Shown: positions 9,292 through 20,745 of the stretch, piece after piece
How the letters are laid out: each line of letters starts with the position of its first letter
Numbering within the stretch: position 1 is the first letter of the stretch
From: an uncultured Clostridia bacterium
Lineage (GTDB): Bacteria > Bacillota > Clostridia > Christensenellales > UBA3700
Assembly: GCA_945872615.1 (NCBI GenBank)
Contig: CAMBZZ010000005.1
Coordinates: 10,855 to 74,854, forward strand
Direction: 5' to 3'
Length of the DNA: 64,000 nucleotides
Notes under the pieces: generated by a model
The model's database searches: none
What the model saw: the letters and a program-made list of their open reading frames with translations, nothing else
Told to the model about the DNA's origin: nothing
Made by a program: the position numbers and the translations under genes

Positions 9292-11438
9292 TATACTCTC
9301 ACCACGTCAACAACTCCCTTGATACCCTTGAGTTTGTTGATTACACTCTCCAAAAATTTGATATTTGCTACTTCTACCGATACGGAAACGCTGCCCATGC
9401 CGTTCTTTTCCTTCTTTCCGCTGATATTGGTAATCGCCACCTTCATTTCGCTGATTGTGGAGGCTACGTCAATGAGTAGCCCGATTCTATCTTCGGCATA
9501 CACCTCTATTGACGCAACGAAGCTGTCCTCAACGGTACTAGGCCACTCGGCTTCCACGATACGCTCGGGCTCGAAGTATTTGCAATTAGGACAGTCCGCC
9601 CTATGAATGGTCACACCTCGGCTGCGCGAAACGTAACCCACGATTTTATCTCCCGGAAGAGGCGTACAACAGTGCGAAAAACGAGTTTTCATACCCGAAC
9701 AGCCCTTGATAAGTATGCCGTTATCCTTCTTTTTCGACGATACCGCGCGGGTCTTGATAGCGGCTTGAGTTTCAGTCTCGGGGTGCTCTTTTTTGTAAAA
9801 CTCTATCATTCTGTTGACAAGTTGCGCTCCCGATATTTCGCCGTAACCGACTAGTGCGATAATCTCGTCAATGCCCGTTACGCTATATTTTTGCAAAAGC
9901 CCCTCTTTCCAGCCGTTGCATGATAGCAGATCGGCAATATTATAGCCCTTGTGTCTTGCTTCTTTTTCTAATTGTTCCTTGCCGTTTTTGATATTCTCTT
10001 CTTTCATTTCTTTCTTGAAGAAAGACTTGATTTTACTTTTGGCGCCCGGCGTGATGACGAACTTAAGCCAATCTCTCGACGGACCTTTGGAATTGTTGGA
10101 AGTAATAACTTCTACAACGTCGCCGTTGGAGAGTTTGGTATTGATAGGCACCATGCGAGAATTGATTTTGATACCCGTGCATTTGTTGCCCACTTGAGAG
10201 TGTATTGCATAGGCAAAATCTATGCCCGACGAGCCGTTAGGCAAGTTAAACACGTCACCCGCAGGCGTAAATACAAACACTTGGTCGGCGTAAAGGTCGA
10301 TTTTGAGAGAATCGAGATATTCTTTGGAGTCGCTGACTTCGTTTTGCAATTCCATCACGTTGCGAATCCAAGCAAGCTTGTTGTCGTCAAACGTATTGGC
10401 TTTGCCCGACACGTTGCCTTGCTTGTATTTCCAATGCGCAGCGATACCGTATTCGGCAATATTGTGCATCTCGTGAGTACGAATTTGAATCTCAAAAGGA
10501 AAGCCGTAAGAAGTCAAAACCGTCGTATGCAACGACTGGTATAGATTGCCCTTAGGGACGGATATATAGTCCTTAAATCTACCCGGAAGCGGACGCCACT
10601 TGGTATGTATCGCACCTAGTACGGCGTAACAGTCCTTGATGTCGTCCACGATAATACGCAAGGCTACTAGATCGTAGATTTGGTCGAAAGTCTTGCCCTT
10701 TTGCAGTTTGCGGTAAATGCTGTAAAAGTGCTTTGGTCTACCGTTGACGTCGCCTTTGATGCCCAATTCTTTGAGCATATCTTTGAGTTCTTGCGAAATC
10801 TTTTCTACGTCGCTCTCACGCTCTATCTTCTTTTGAGCTACCTTTTCGGCAATAAAATAATAGTCATCGGGGTGCAAATATCTAAGACACAAGTCTTCGA
10901 GTTCGCCCTTGAGCCCCGAAATTCCTAGCCTTGCCGCAATAGGCGCGTATATGTCGAGCGTCTCCGTTGCGATACGGATTTGGCTCTCTTGCGTCTTAAA
11001 TGACAGCGTGCGCATATTGTGCAATCTATCGGCAAGTTTGATGATAATGACCCTTATGTCGTTGGACATAGCGAGGAACATTCTTCTAAGGTTTTCCGCT
11101 TGTTCCTCTTCTTTGGTCTTAAAGTTGATTTTGTTGAGTTTGGTTACGCCGTTGACTAGCATAACCACGTCGTGTCCGAATTCTTGGTCAATCTCCTCCG
11201 CGCTATGTTCGGTGTCCTCGATGACGTCGTGCAAAAGTGCGGCGATAATTGTGTCCGTGTCAAGTCCGAGGTCAACGAGAATTTCGGCAACCGCGCTTGG
11301 ATGAATAAAGTAATCCTCCCCCGATTGTCGCTTTTGACCGCTATGAGCCACCTTGGCAAAATAATACGCCTTTTCTATCTTGCTATAGTTGGCTTCGCTA
11401 TAATTTTCTCTAATTTTAGTTAAAAATTGTCCTTCCAC
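9291..11438 (-). CDS. relA: Bifunctional (p)ppGpp synthetase/hydrolase Rel
   Basis: HD domain (LLHDVIED, KLADRLHNMR), synthetase (RPKHFYSI, EIQIRT), TGS and ACT domains. Confidence 0.98.
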   Translation of the reverse strand: MEGQFLTKIRENYSEANYSKIEKAYYFAKVAHSGQKRQSGEDYFIHPSAVAEILVDLGLDTDTIIAALLHDVIEDTEHSAEEIDQEFGHDVVMLVNGVTKLNKINFKTKEEEQAENLRRMFLAMSNDIRVIIIKLADRLHNMRTLSFKTQESQIRIATETLDIYAPIAARLGISGLKGELEDLCLRYLHPDDYYFIAEKVAQKKIERESDVEKISQELKDMLKELGIKGDVNGRPKHFYSIYRKLQKGKTFDQIYDLVALRIIVDDIKDCYAVLGAIHTKWRPLPGRFKDYISVPKGNLYQSLHTTVLTSYGFPFEIQIRTHEMHNIAEYGIAAHWKYKQGNVSGKANTFDDNKLAWIRNVMELQNEVSDSKEYLDSLKIDLYADQVFVFTPAGDVFNLPNGSSGIDFAYAIHSQVGNKCTGIKINSRMVPINTKLSNGDVVEVITSNNSKGPSRDWLKFVITPGAKSKIKSFFKKEMKEENIKNGKEQLEKEARHKGYNIADLLSCNGWKEGLLQKYSVTGIDEIIALVGYGEISGAQLVNRMIEFYKKEHPETETQAAIKTRAVSSKKKDNGILIKGCSGMKTRFSHCCTPLPGDKIVGYVSRSRGVTIHRADCPNCKYFEPERIVEAEWPSTVEDSFVASIEVYAEDRIGLLIDVASTISEMKVAITNISGKKEKNGMGSVSVSVEVANIKFLESVINKLKGIKGVVDVVRV

Positions 11439-11439
11439 G

Positions 11440-13737
11440 TCATTTGCTCAAAACTCGATACAACTTACTGCAATCGAGTTTCGTCTTAACCTCTCTATCA
11501 ATAATTATAGCATTATTATCGTATTTTACAATACCCAAATCTACAAAAACTGCCATCGCAACGCAAAATTCCTCCCACGCCACGCCCTCTACGCCGATAT
11601 TTTGAAACAAAGTATAATAGTCGGTATAACTCTTAGCGGCAAGTAGCGTTTTGATAGCGGTAAATACCTTGCCGAGCCCCGCGTAGTCAAGCAACTTATT
11701 TCGACATCGCCGTTGCATAATATCGTCGTCAACTACCCAAACACTTGCGTCTTTAGATATTTGCATCTTTGCCGTCAAAGCCCCCGAAAGCGGTCTTTCC
11801 AACAACACGATATTGTCGTAATAAGTGAGATTGACGTTGACGTCGGGATTATAGATTAGTCTATTATACGGACAGTCGCTGTCGCAAAAGCCGTTGTTTA
11901 TCATCAATTTAGCGATGATTTTGGGGTCAATCGACTTGAACGTATCGTAATCGTAACACAAATAACAAGTTCCGTAACTGCTATCCGCGATAGCGTCGAA
12001 GGCTCGTTCTTTATCGATATGGCGTACTTGTATAGGACTATTTGACTTGTATATGCTCTGCATAACGTAGTTAGCCACGCCCATATCGCACTCTACGTCG
12101 TTACAAGTGACGTTGAGCACGTTGGCTTGCAGAGTTTCGCTATTTTTAAACACGTTGACGGATAGAGAAAAACGTATTTTTTTCTTTGCCGAACTATTGA
12201 GCAAACTTAATTTATCTATAGCCGAAAAAGCTAAAAAATCGCTGTCTTTGTAGTGATATTTTAGGTGTTCGCTATTGCCTATAGGAGCAAAATCACACTT
12301 GCCCATATCGGTGCTAAAAGTCACTTCTCTGTTACCTTCGCCGTACGGCTCGAGATAAGCAAGTTGTTTGGCAAACTCTATATCGAAGTCGTCGAGTTTA
12401 CAAAACGCCTCGACCTTTGGTTGCAATGCTTGACTAGAGATAGTTGATTTGGCAAAAGCGTTGATACGCCTAATAAACTCTTCTACATTATCTTCTTGAA
12501 GAGAGAGACCGCAAGCCATTTTGTGTCCGCCGAATTTGAGTAAAATATCCGAACAAGCCGAAACGCAATCGAGGATATTTACGCCCTCTACGCTTCTGCC
12601 CGAGCCTTTGACCACGCCCTTATTTTTGGTAAGCAGTATGACGGGACGATTAAATTCGCCGACAAGTCTTGCGCTAGCTATGCCCAAAATACCGTCGTCC
12701 CAATATCTGTCGTACAAGACTATGATAGGATTGTCCTCAAAGTCAAACCCTATCAGTCTATCGTCGCAAGCCGTAGCAAGGTCGGTGGTCATGGTTTGTC
12801 TCAGGTCATTGAGTTTTTCTATCTCTTCAATCAGGTTGCTAAGCACGAAATTATCGTTGCTGACAAAGAGTTCCACTACGGGATTGGCGTCTTGTAATCT
12901 GCCTACGCTGTTGATACGAGGAGCAATCTTGTAGCTTATGTCGCTTGACTTGACAACGCCCTTCACGCAACTCTCTACCAGCATTTTGACACCCTTTCTA
13001 TATCCGCGGTTGATGAGCATCAAGCCGTAATATACGATTATTCTATTGTCCTCAACCAAAGGCACAATATCGGCAACGGTAGCGATTGCGGCAATATCGT
13101 AGTACTTTTTGCTCTCTTGTACCCCCGCTAAAGCCTCGACCAATCTAAGCGCAACTCCCGCGCCGCACAGTTCTCTAAAACAGCCTTTGGATAATTTTGG
13201 ATTGAAAATATTGCACTCGGGAAGTTCGGCGATAGGCTCGTGATGGTCGGTAACAACCACGTCGATGCCTAGCACTTCTTGCGCATACTGTACTTCGTTT
13301 TTTGAAGAAATGCCACAGTCTACGGTGACGATAAGGTCGGGAAAACTTTGCTCGGCAATACTCTCCAACGCTTCGATGCTCAAGCCGTAACCGTGCGTAT
13401 GTCTGCTTGGCAAAAAGTACGACACGTCCACCCCTCTGGATTGGAGATAGAGATACAAAATACTGACTCCGCAAATTCCGTCGCAATCGTAATCACCGTA
13501 TAGCACGACTTTTTCTTTATTGTCAACGGCTTGCTTAATTCTTTCTATGACGCCGTCAAGTCCCACGTAAAGCTCGAGCGGCGTCATATTGCTCTGCTTT
13601 GGATACAAAAAAGCATCAGCCTTGTCCAAGGTATCTATATTGCGTGACACCAAAATGTCGGCGATGACCTTGTTAAGACCAAAATGAGAGGCTATTTGTC
13701 CCGCGATTACGTCATTATTTGTATCTTTGAGCATCAT
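11440..13737 (-). CDS. recJ: ssDNA-specific exonuclease RecJ
   Basis: GDYDCDG, TVDCG, TDHH, GSGRS and FGGHKMACG (DHH/DHHA1) motifs. Confidence 0.96.
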   Translation of the reverse strand: MMLKDTNNDVIAGQIASHFGLNKVIADILVSRNIDTLDKADAFLYPKQSNMTPLELYVGLDGVIERIKQAVDNKEKVVLYGDYDCDGICGVSILYLYLQSRGVDVSYFLPSRHTHGYGLSIEALESIAEQSFPDLIVTVDCGISSKNEVQYAQEVLGIDVVVTDHHEPIAELPECNIFNPKLSKGCFRELCGAGVALRLVEALAGVQESKKYYDIAAIATVADIVPLVEDNRIIVYYGLMLINRGYRKGVKMLVESCVKGVVKSSDISYKIAPRINSVGRLQDANPVVELFVSNDNFVLSNLIEEIEKLNDLRQTMTTDLATACDDRLIGFDFEDNPIIVLYDRYWDDGILGIASARLVGEFNRPVILLTKNKGVVKGSGRSVEGVNILDCVSACSDILLKFGGHKMACGLSLQEDNVEEFIRRINAFAKSTISSQALQPKVEAFCKLDDFDIEFAKQLAYLEPYGEGNREVTFSTDMGKCDFAPIGNSEHLKYHYKDSDFLAFSAIDKLSLLNSSAKKKIRFSLSVNVFKNSETLQANVLNVTCNDVECDMGVANYVMQSIYKSNSPIQVRHIDKERAFDAIADSSYGTCYLCYDYDTFKSIDPKIIAKLMINNGFCDSDCPYNRLIYNPDVNVNLTYYDNIVLLERPLSGALTAKMQISKDASVWVVDDDIMQRRCRNKLLDYAGLGKVFTAIKTLLAAKSYTDYYTLFQNIGVEGVAWEEFCVAMAVFVDLGIVKYDNNAIIIDREVKTKLDCSKLYRVLSK

Positions 13738-13767
13738 AAGCTAATCTATATTCGTCGTTTTCGTTAT

Positions 13768-13798
13768 CAAAAAAGGGTTGCATTGCAACCCTCTTTGT
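13768..13798 (-). terminator. Intrinsic terminator after secF
   Basis: AGGGTTGCA/TGCAACCCT inverted repeat flanked by A/T tracts. Confidence 0.7.
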
Positions 13799-13811
13799 TT
13801 GTAGTGTCAGG

Positions 13812-14924
13812 TTACATACCTGCGTATTGTTTTTTGCCGGCTGTAATCTTCTTCTTGTTGACCTTGGACTTGTCGTACGCGTTCTTCATCAAGCAGTAGA
13901 GCGACGGTGCGATAACTAGAGAAGAATAGAAACCTGCGATAAGTCCGAAGATAACAGGCAACGCAAATTCTCTAACGCTCGAAGCACCCAAAATCGCAAA
14001 GATTACGATAGAAATCATAGTCGTGATAGTGGTGTTGACGGAACGGGAGAAGGTATCCCATATCGACTTGTCAACGATAGCGTTGTTGTTGAGAGCCATC
14101 GTCTTGGACAAGGTCTTTTCGTTTTTCATATTCTCTCTCACACGGTCGAATACGACGATGGTATTGTTGATAGAATAAGATACGATAGTAATCATTGCTG
14201 CTATAAATGCGCTGTTGACTTGCACTCTGAAGATAATCGTCAAGCAAACCATCATCAATACGTCGTGCGCAATAGCTATGATAGCAGCCAAACCACTCCA
14301 AATCTCAAATCTTATAATGATATATATAAGAATGAGTACGAGGGTGACTAGCAAAGAAATGAGCGCCGTTTGAATGAGTTTAGCCGAAGCAGTTGCACCG
14401 ATATAACTCATATCAACCTTGACCGAGTCGTAGCCGTTGTCATCTGAGTATATACTTTGAAGTTGCTCTTTGATAAGCTCGTTGCGGTAGTTGGTGATGG
14501 CGTTGTCCTTGTCGTAAGTCTTGGATACGTTGTCGTATTTGACAATGATGGACATATTCTCGCCCACGTCGGACTTTTGAGAATAACTGATAGAGCCTAC
14601 TGCGGCATTGGCAGGAAGGTTGACGCCGTTGGCTAGCGCATACTCTGCCGTCTTAGCGGCAATTTCTTCACTCTTGATTACTTCTGCAATCTTGTCGAGA
14701 TGAGAGTTGAAACCGTCGTTAGAGCCAAGTTCGCCTTCTCCAAGCACTATAGTGATGACCGAGCCGCCCGAGAAGTCGATACCGATATTCATACCTTTGC
14801 TGAAGTCTTTTTGACTAATTGCCACACCCGCAAATACGATGATTGCGATAAGCAAAACGACAAAAGGAACTACTATCCAAATTCTCCACTTATTGATAAT
14901 GGAAGTACCGTACAATTTATTCAT
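13812..14924 (-). CDS. secF: Protein translocase subunit SecF
   Basis: GIDFSGG, AHD, YSINNTIVVFDRVRE. Confidence 0.96.
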   Translation of the reverse strand: MNKLYGTSIINKWRIWIVVPFVVLLIAIIVFAGVAISQKDFSKGMNIGIDFSGGSVITIVLGEGELGSNDGFNSHLDKIAEVIKSEEIAAKTAEYALANGVNLPANAAVGSISYSQKSDVGENMSIIVKYDNVSKTYDKDNAITNYRNELIKEQLQSIYSDDNGYDSVKVDMSYIGATASAKLIQTALISLLVTLVLILIYIIIRFEIWSGLAAIIAIAHDVLMMVCLTIIFRVQVNSAFIAAMITIVSYSINNTIVVFDRVRENMKNEKTLSKTMALNNNAIVDKSIWDTFSRSVNTTITTMISIVIFAILGASSVREFALPVIFGLIAGFYSSLVIAPSLYCLMKNAYDKSKVNKKKITAGKKQYAGM

Positions 14925-14925
14925 A

Positions 14926-16314
14926 TTACTTTACCTCCTTTGCCATAGCAGGCTCTTCGACAACGCTTGCGACGGTTTTGAGAGCAAACTTAGGAGCGTC
15001 TTCTTCTTTGAACCATACCATGAGGCAACTGAGAAGCAGTCTCGTGAGGAACAAGGAAGAAAGCATCGACAAAATTATACCTACGAGCAGGGTTATACCA
15101 AAGCCCTTGATAGAAGCCGCGCCGACGATGATAAGCACGATTGCACCGATGATAGTGGTCACGTTACCGTCGATGATTGCGCCGTAAGACCTCTTGAAGC
15201 CGTTGGATACTGCCGTACGCATCATCTTGCCCGCTGCATGCTCTTCTTTGATTCTTTCGAAGATAATTACGTTGGCGTCAACTGCCATACCTATAGACAA
15301 CAGCACGCCCGCAATACCGCTGAGGGTAAGTTGTACCCAAGGCAATATGGCAAGGAAGAATACGTAAGTGAGTGCGTAGTAGATAAGCGACAATGACGAA
15401 GCCACGCCCATCATACGATAGATAATGCAAAGATATACGATGATGAGAGCCAAGCCCACAAGTCCCGCGATTACGCCCGCCTTGATGGCGTTGGTGCCGA
15501 GGGTTGCGGTGATGGTGTTAGACTCACTCATCTTGAGGGTAAGAGGGAAAGAACCGGCTTGAATCTTGACAGCCAATTCGTAAGCTTGCTCGTAAGTGTA
15601 GTTGCCCGAGATAGAAGCGTTGCCTCCCGAGATGGTGGAAGAAACTTGCGGAGCAATTACCTCTTCTTTATTGATATAGATACCTATACGTTTGGAAGTA
15701 GAAGAACTTGCTTCGGCAGTGGCGTCGGCAAACTTCTTGGCGCCCTTGGTGGTAAACTTGAGAGCAACTTCGTACGTGCCGCTTTCGCTGTTGTAAGTCA
15801 CGCCCGTCTCGGCAATGTCCTTACCCGTGATAGGGTCGTCGTAAGAAACGCCTGCACCTTGCGAATATTCGCCTTCGTACTTCTTGAATTCCAAACTTGC
15901 AGGACGACCTATCAAATCAAAGATTCTGTCGGGGTCGTCTACGTCAGGCACTTCTACTCTGATACGATTGTCGTAAGTGGTAACTTGCGCTTCGGTGTAA
16001 CCCTTTTCTACCAACAAACTCTCGAGACTGGAACGAGTACCTTCGATAAGGCGATCTCTCTCGTCGCTTTCGAGGTCTGCCCATTTACGCTCTACGCCCG
16101 CGTCGGTCGTGTCGATTACTGCGTTTTGGTCGACGTCGAATACGGCGTAAGCACCACCGCTAAGGTCGAGACCGAGTTTGATTGTCTTAGGAAATGCGAT
16201 GTAGTTGTAAATGCCGAGTTCTCCGTTGTCGAGAGAAACGAAAGCAAATACACCGCCCAAGATAACCAATACAGTAAATATAGATAAAATCACTATTGAT
16301 TTTTTCTTGTTCAC
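14926..16314 (-). CDS. secD: Protein translocase subunit SecD
   Basis: KLGLDLSGG, IGMAVDANVIIFERIKEE, AIIDGNVTT; start moved to GTG 16314 after SD AGGAGG. Confidence 0.96.
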   Translation of the reverse strand: MNKKKSIVILSIFTVLVILGGVFAFVSLDNGELGIYNYIAFPKTIKLGLDLSGGAYAVFDVDQNAVIDTTDAGVERKWADLESDERDRLIEGTRSSLESLLVEKGYTEAQVTTYDNRIRVEVPDVDDPDRIFDLIGRPASLEFKKYEGEYSQGAGVSYDDPITGKDIAETGVTYNSESGTYEVALKFTTKGAKKFADATAEASSSTSKRIGIYINKEEVIAPQVSSTISGGNASISGNYTYEQAYELAVKIQAGSFPLTLKMSESNTITATLGTNAIKAGVIAGLVGLALIIVYLCIIYRMMGVASSLSLIYYALTYVFFLAILPWVQLTLSGIAGVLLSIGMAVDANVIIFERIKEEHAAGKMMRTAVSNGFKRSYGAIIDGNVTTIIGAIVLIIVGAASIKGFGITLLVGIILSMLSSLFLTRLLLSCLMVWFKEEDAPKFALKTVASVVEEPAMAKEVK

Positions 16315-16384
16315 CTTGTGTTGCCTCCTAATATTTGTCAACTCTACATATAGTCCGATTGGACATAATAATTTAGTCTTTTTT

Positions 16385-16413
16385 ATTATATATTTATATA
16401 ATATTATTGTCAA
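16385..16413 (-). promoter_or_regulatory. Consensus sigma-A promoter for secDF
   Basis: TTGACA-17bp-TATAAT. Confidence 0.8.
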
Positions 16414-16552
16414 TAACTTTGACAAAATAAAGAGGCAACGGAATAAAATTTCTCAAAAAAATAACCGATAAAATCCTATGCCACAACGAAAATACGCCTC
16501 TTGCTACCTACAAGAAGCGTATAACGCAAAAAAATACATTTTGTATATTGAC

Positions 16553-17920
16553 CTACTCTTGCGCCTGCTCAGCCCCTTCGATTGCGGATATTGCAAGCGA
16601 AAGTTCAAAACGCTTGCGCATCATAGCGCAACTGATTGGGTAAGGCTTGTCCATAGATCCCGCGTAGTTGAGGTTGTTGGCTACGCAACCGCCGCTGCAA
16701 TAATATTTGGCAATGCAATCGGCGCAGTCGGGCTTGTTGGTGACGATATTTTTGGCAAACTTGAGCGACACGTTCATATCTATATCGCCTTCAAAAACGT
16801 TGCCCATCTTATATCCTTCCTTTTCGGCAAACTGATGGCAAGGATAGAGACTTCCGTCGGGCGTTACGGCGAGGTATTCGCAACCCGAACCGCAACCCGT
16901 CAAACGTTTGATTACGCAAGGTCCCCCCTCGAGGTCTATCATAAAGTGAAAAAAGTTGAACCACTTGTCGCCCTTGCGCCTATCGATATAAATCTCCGCC
17001 AGCTTGTCATACTCCTCCAAAATGCGCGGTAAATGTTCCTCTTTGATAGCGAGATCGGGAATGTCCGTCACTACCGGCTCTAACGATATTTGGTCAAAGC
17101 CCGCGTCATTGAGTGCAACGACGTCGCTCGCAAAATCGAGATTGCGCGCAGTAAAAGTGCCTCTGACGTAGTAGGATTTGTCGCCCCTTACGCTTCTAAA
17201 CTTTTGTGCATTTTTGAGGATAAGGTCATAGCAGTCTTTGCCGTTGGCGGTTTTGCGCACTGCATTATGCACGCAAGGTCTGCCGTCGATACTCAAGACC
17301 ACGTTGCTCATCTCCCGATTGAGCCACTCTATAGTCTTATCGTTTAGAAGCACGCAGTTGGTGGTCATGGTAAAGGAAAAGGTCTTACCGCTCTCCTGCT
17401 CTCTACCTCTTGCGTATTCTACTATACCCTTGACTACGTCGAGGTTCATCAAAGGCTCGCCGCCGAAGAAGTCTATCTCCAAGTTGCGCCTTTTGCCGCT
17501 ATGTTCGATGAGAAAGTCTACCGCCTTGCAACCGACTTCCAAAGACATATAGGCTCTGTCGGTCGTGTGATAAGTGCCCTCATCGGCAAAGCAATATTTA
17601 CACCTTAGATTGCAATCGTGACAAATATGCAAACATAGGGCTTTGATTTCGCCCACGCGCTTTTGGTTTTGGGTAACGGTGCAAGGACTGTCAAGCACTC
17701 CTTGTTCGACGAGAATATCGAGTTCGGCGTTGACTTCTGCTATCGTCGCACTATCTAACTTGGAAAAATCGTCTTTTTCGTGGTCGGTCATATTCTCTCC
17801 GAAACGATTTTTGACAACTAAAAAAGCGACATAATCCACGTTATGTAGACTGCCACTTTCTTTGTCCCAAACAAAATAGTACGCCCTCTCGTGATAATTA
17901 AAGCTAAAAGAATGCGTCAT
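16553..17920 (-). CDS. scfB: SCIFF ranthipeptide radical SAM/SPASM maturase
   Basis: IKALCLHICHDCNLRCKYCFA, FFGGEPL, SPASM cysteines (GCGSG..YPCHQF..CADC..YYCSGGC); next to scfA and upstream of secD. Confidence 0.95.
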   Translation of the reverse strand: MTHSFSFNYHERAYYFVWDKESGSLHNVDYVAFLVVKNRFGENMTDHEKDDFSKLDSATIAEVNAELDILVEQGVLDSPCTVTQNQKRVGEIKALCLHICHDCNLRCKYCFADEGTYHTTDRAYMSLEVGCKAVDFLIEHSGKRRNLEIDFFGGEPLMNLDVVKGIVEYARGREQESGKTFSFTMTTNCVLLNDKTIEWLNREMSNVVLSIDGRPCVHNAVRKTANGKDCYDLILKNAQKFRSVRGDKSYYVRGTFTARNLDFASDVVALNDAGFDQISLEPVVTDIPDLAIKEEHLPRILEEYDKLAEIYIDRRKGDKWFNFFHFMIDLEGGPCVIKRLTGCGSGCEYLAVTPDGSLYPCHQFAEKEGYKMGNVFEGDIDMNVSLKFAKNIVTNKPDCADCIAKYYCSGGCVANNLNYAGSMDKPYPISCAMMRKRFELSLAISAIEGAEQAQE

Positions 17921-17938
17921 TTTGTACCTAATTGTCGC

Positions 17939-18112
17939 TTACAGCAAAGGTTTCTTTGGCGAATTTACCTTTTCTTCTCTGTTTTTGCAAGATTGATTGC
18001 CTACGGTGCAAGAAGTCTTGCAAGCCGATTGACAACTGGATTGACACTCACCGCAACCGATGTTGCCGGACTTTTTCATACCATTGTTTACGATAGAATT
18101 AATATGTTTCAT
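17939..18112 (-). CDS. scfA: SCIFF six-cysteine ranthipeptide precursor (57 aa)
   Basis: Not in ORF track. SD GGAGG; hand translation MKHINSIVNNGMKKSGNIGCGECQSSCQSACKTSCTVGNQSCKNREEKVNSPKKPLL with the hallmark CGECQxSCQSACKTSCTVxNQxC. Confidence 0.97.
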   Translation of the reverse strand: MKHINSIVNNGMKKSGNIGCGECQSSCQSACKTSCTVGNQSCKNREEKVNSPKKPLL

Positions 18113-18144
18113 AATGCCTCCGTCAAGGTTATTTATTTAATGAT

Positions 18145-18173
18145 ATTTTATATCATTTTATACGGTTTGGCAA
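18145..18173 (-). promoter_or_regulatory. sigma-A promoter for scfAB
   Basis: TTGCCA-17bp-TAAAAT. Confidence 0.65.
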
Positions 18174-18229
18174 GTACTTTTTTACAATAACTTATTTTAG
18201 CAATTTTTGTCGCGATTTTCGGGGTTTGT

Positions 18230-18619
18230 TCATACCGTACTCGGCTTTTTGACGTTGACGACTATTACTCCGCTGATGACGCCCGCCAAGATACCGCATG
18301 CAAAATCTATGATTTTTAGCGTGCTTACGCTAAGCGAGCCTGCAAGCAGTCCAAACACCAAAAAGGAAACCAATACGTATATCACGCCAATGAGCAACCC
18401 TTTGATTATACCGTAACGCGTGCTTTTGATTGACAATACCGAGCCGAGAGCCACGCTGATTATCTTATTAGCGATATTAACCCCGTCTATTACACCGTCC
18501 GACACGTTGACGAACTTGAACACGATAGCAAATACGAGCGTCAACAAAACCGAAATCAAGACGGCAATCAAACCGCCCAACAATACGTCCAATATATCCC
18601 TTGCGCTTAACTTTTTCAT
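18230..18619 (-). CDS. TIGR04086/YrzE-like four-TM membrane protein
   Basis: Four hydrophobic helices, G-rich; conserved position between yajC and scfA; SD GGAGGAG. Confidence 0.8.
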   Translation of the reverse strand: MKKLSARDILDVLLGGLIAVLISVLLTLVFAIVFKFVNVSDGVIDGVNIANKIISVALGSVLSIKSTRYGIIKGLLIGVIYVLVSFLVFGLLAGSLSVSTLKIIDFACGILAGVISGVIVVNVKKPSTV

Positions 18620-18635
18620 ATACTCCTCCTGCCTC

Positions 18636-18664
18636 AATCTATGACGACGTGGCGGTGTATATGA
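18636..18664 (-). promoter_or_regulatory. sigma-E-like promoter
   Basis: tcATA-16bp-CATAGATT upstream of the SD. Confidence 0.55.
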
Positions 18665-18769
18665 TATATAATCGGCTTTTGTAACAATTTTTGATTAGTT
18701 GTTTCGTACGCAAAGCAACTATAGCAAGCTACGAAACATCATAAGACAGACAAATATTGCGCTAAAAAC

Positions 18770-18797
18770 AAATAGCGGTGCAAGATATTGCACCGCT
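18770..18797 (-). terminator. Intrinsic terminator after yajC
   Basis: AGCGGTGCAA-gata-TTGCACCGCT stem with a U-rich tail on the minus strand. Confidence 0.75.
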
Positions 18798-18822
18798 TGA
18801 TTGTATTTGCGATTTTTGCTAA

Positions 18823-19320
18823 TTAGATTTCGTCGCCGGTTTCGGTCTCTACTACTTCTGCTTCAACGACTTCCTCTTCGGTTGCTTGAGCCTTTTTCTT
18901 GTCGGCTTTCTTTGCCTTTTTCTCCGCAAGTTTTGCCTCAGCCTCAACTTCGTCTTCTGCAACGGCTACGTTTTCTTCGGGTTTAGCCTCTTCTACTACG
19001 CCCTCTGCCGAAGTGGTCATAGTGGTGTAGATAGCAGACTTGTCGAGTACGACGGTAACCGAGCCGTCCTCGCTAGCGCTAAGGTCGAGCACGAAGCAGT
19101 TGCTTTGGTTGTCTATTGCTTTGATAACTCCCACAAAGCCACCGATGGTCTTAACCTTGGTGCCAACCTTGATAGAGTTCATCATCTCTTGAGCCTTCTT
19201 TTGTCTTTTCTTTTGAGGAATGATAGAAAGTAGCATCATACCTACCAACAAAACAGCCATTACGATAAGCATGGTAATGGAGCTGGTCTTGGAAGTCTCC
19301 GCCAAAATTATATTATACAT
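18823..19320 (-). CDS. yajC: Preprotein translocase subunit YajC with charged C-terminal tail
   Basis: Single TM, PQKKRQKK, GTKVKTIGGFVG; downstream of tgt. Confidence 0.9.
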   Translation of the reverse strand: MYNIILAETSKTSSITMLIVMAVLLVGMMLLSIIPQKKRQKKAQEMMNSIKVGTKVKTIGGFVGVIKAIDNQSNCFVLDLSASEDGSVTVVLDKSAIYTTMTTSAEGVVEEAKPEENVAVAEDEVEAEAKLAEKKAKKADKKKAQATEEEVVEAEVVETETGDEI

Positions 19321-19449
19321 AACGTTCTCCTTTATTTTTCGTTTAGTTTATCTTAAACAATATTTGCAAAAAAATCAACACATATTGCATATTTTCTAAA
19401 AATATTAACAAAAAAATTACACAATCGGCGGATTTTTTGTCGCAAGGCG

Positions 19450-20646
<1,197 letters not shown>

Positions 20647-20745
20647 CTAGTCCGTATCGCAAGCAATTTCAACAAAACGTATTGGCAAAACGTTTTTCTC
20701 GCTGCGACTTGCGACCAACGTCAATGGCGTCGTCCTTGTCCTTGC

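Noticed and set aside
11438-11440. Absence of apt between recJ and relA
   Set aside because: A simple synteny variation; nothing suggests a remnant or a new function.
16315-16425. Long N-terminal extensions given by the ORF track (secD, polA, thrS, rpsO, ruvB, lipoprotein, XRE)
   Set aside because: They run through promoter or leader DNA; downstream starts with better SD or family-typical N-termini fit better.
18823-19010. E/K/A-rich tails on YajC (and AzlC, YitT N-terminus)
   Set aside because: Low-complexity charged extensions are common and carry no specific signal.
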